A DNA stretch of 63,188 nt, filler included, from Octopus bimaculoides (lineage: Eukaryota): NCBI RefSeq assembly GCF_001194135.2. It is 7 parts of 6 records of this genome, joined end to end, with 100 filler letters (N's around TTAATTAATTAA, not from the genome) between each part and the next. Parts side by side here need not be neighbours in the genome. Positions count along the whole stretch, not along the records: positions 58,905 to 63,188 come from NC_068991.1; 6 more parts are not named here. One strand, given 5' to 3'. Both the position numbers and the translations under genes were made by a program. Within the stretch, counting starts at the first letter, position 1, and each line of letters begins with the position of its first letter. Shown piece by piece: positions 61,651 through 63,188 of this stretch. The notes beneath the pieces are model-generated. The model searched no databases, was not told where the DNA came from, and saw nothing but the letters and a program-made list of their open reading frames with translations.

Positions 61651-62804
61651 AAAATATGCTTTTTAGCAAGTTTCAATAAATAGAATTAACACATAAATTA
61701 TATGTAAAGTAACATATATTTGTGTGGAATTGAATTGTTTTGGCATATTTCAACACATGCTGAATGAATAATATCATTATATTAGATCATTTTAAATTTG
61801 GATATATTTGAAAAAATAAGGAAACGTCATTCCCATGTGTTTTCACAGTACCAGACTTTTGTGTGTGTGTGTGCGCGCGTGCACACGCATGTGCACATCC
61901 CTCCATCCATCCATCTATCTGTCTATCTATCTATCTATCTATCTGTCTGTCTATCTGTCAGACTGTCTTTCTGTCTGTCTATCTATCTATCTATCTATCT
62001 ATTTATTTATCTATCTATCTATCTATGCACACCTATGTAAGTTCTACCAGTTATCAATGTAAGTTCCACCATTATTAATGATAAATATACATAACAGATT
62101 GACTCTTTAGAAAAGAGAGATTATGGCTGTGATAAAATAATGAAAGCAATATTTACTAAGCAAGTGAGCACTATTATACAAAGAAATAATTAGATGTAAA
62201 ATATCATAAAAATTATTAGAATTGGGAATCAAATATGGAAATATTAGTGAGTGGCCAGCAGAAAACTGCCTGGTGGGGGGGGGGGCGGTCTTTCTGCTAG
62301 TATATATAATGTCCGTCTTTCTTTTTCTATGCAGAAGTTCAAAAGAGCAGACATGTTTTTTCCTCTCTCTCTTCTATCTTTTCTCTTTTCAAAAAAATGT
62401 TTCTCCCAGCAATCACTATTTTCCTCTCGTTCTTGTCTAATGACCCTCCATGTTTGTTTTCATTCGGTTTCCTTGTATGCCTCCACTGTCATGTTTTTGT
62501 TCCCGACTTTGGTCCTCCATAAATACTAAATCATATTTTAGAATTTATGGGAGCAACTGTCTTTGAAGACTCATATTGTCGTTGAATGCTCGAAATGAAG
62601 AGTAGATAGACAGTCAACAATTGATGAAGGGTCCTTTCTCTGTAATTACTTGTCCTCTTTTCCATTTTTACTTGCTGCTTATGTATTTAACATGTTTGTT
62701 TACGTATTTCATGTTATTTGCACCGTTGGTGATGTCCTGTACCTATATTTGCATATATATATATATACATATGTATTATATTATTATATATATATATATA
62801 TATC

Positions 62805-63188
62805 ATCATCATCATCATCATCGTTTAACGTCCGCTTTCCATGCTAGCATGGGTTGGACGATTTGACTGAGGACTGGTGAAACCGGATGGCAACACCAGG
62901 CTCCAGTCTGATTTGGCAGAGTTTCTACAGCTGGATGCCCTTCCTAACGCCAACCACTCAGAGAGTGTAGTGGGTGCTTTTACGTGTCACCCGCACGAAA
63001 ACGGCCACGCTCGAAATGGTGTCTTTTATGTGCCACCCGCACAAGCCAGTCCAGGGGCACTGGCAACGATCTCGCTCAAAAGTGCTTACACATGCCGCGG
63101 GCACAAGTGCCAGAAAGGCGACGCTGGGCACAGGTACCATCACAATTTCGCTTTCGCTTGCCCCAACAGGTCTTCGCAAGCTGAGTTC
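62805..63188 (-). mobile_element. Family D SINE-like element with (ATG)n tail, running off the window
   Basis: CATCATCATCGTTTAACGTCCGCTTTCCATGCTAGCATGGGTTGGACG..GGATGCCCTTCCTAACGCC, closely similar to 29330-29500. Confidence 0.88.

Noticed and set aside
1-63188. True tRNA genes, and protocadherin or C2H2 zinc-finger cluster genes
   Set aside because: All A/B-box sequences are SINE heads without a cloverleaf, and no cadherin or C2H2 motifs appear in any frame examined

Overview
An AT-rich, microsatellite-dense animal genomic window, almost entirely transposon debris. The SINE families and the simple-repeat load suggest an Octopus-type cephalopod; that assignment is inferred from recalled repeat families, not from a search. 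It is probably not one locus: six identical 100-bp spacers (44 N + TTAATTAATTAA + 44 N) split it into seven apparently independent scaffolds, so gene order across them should not be interpreted. No intact host gene, rRNA, tRNA or CRISPR array is supported. Recognisable remnants include Penelope-like elements (GIY-YIG), at least three R4/Dong-like REL retrotransposon families with (AAT)n tails, a CRE-like element, two CR1-clade LINEs, a probable L1/Tx1 fragment, mariner and maT-like transposases, a hAT transposase, Helitrons, several tRNA-derived SINE families, foldback/MITE-like hairpins and a ~95-bp satellite. Best leads: (1) type I hammerhead ribozyme motifs in Penelope pLTRs, one family also present as a fold-back that traps the ribozyme's 3' half; (2) Dong-like elements stacking into each other's (TAA)n tails; (3) a palindromic E2F/YY1/NRF1/ETS-like promoter cassette inserted into a dead CR1; (4) a ~360-bp tandem repeat with a codon-like divergence pattern.
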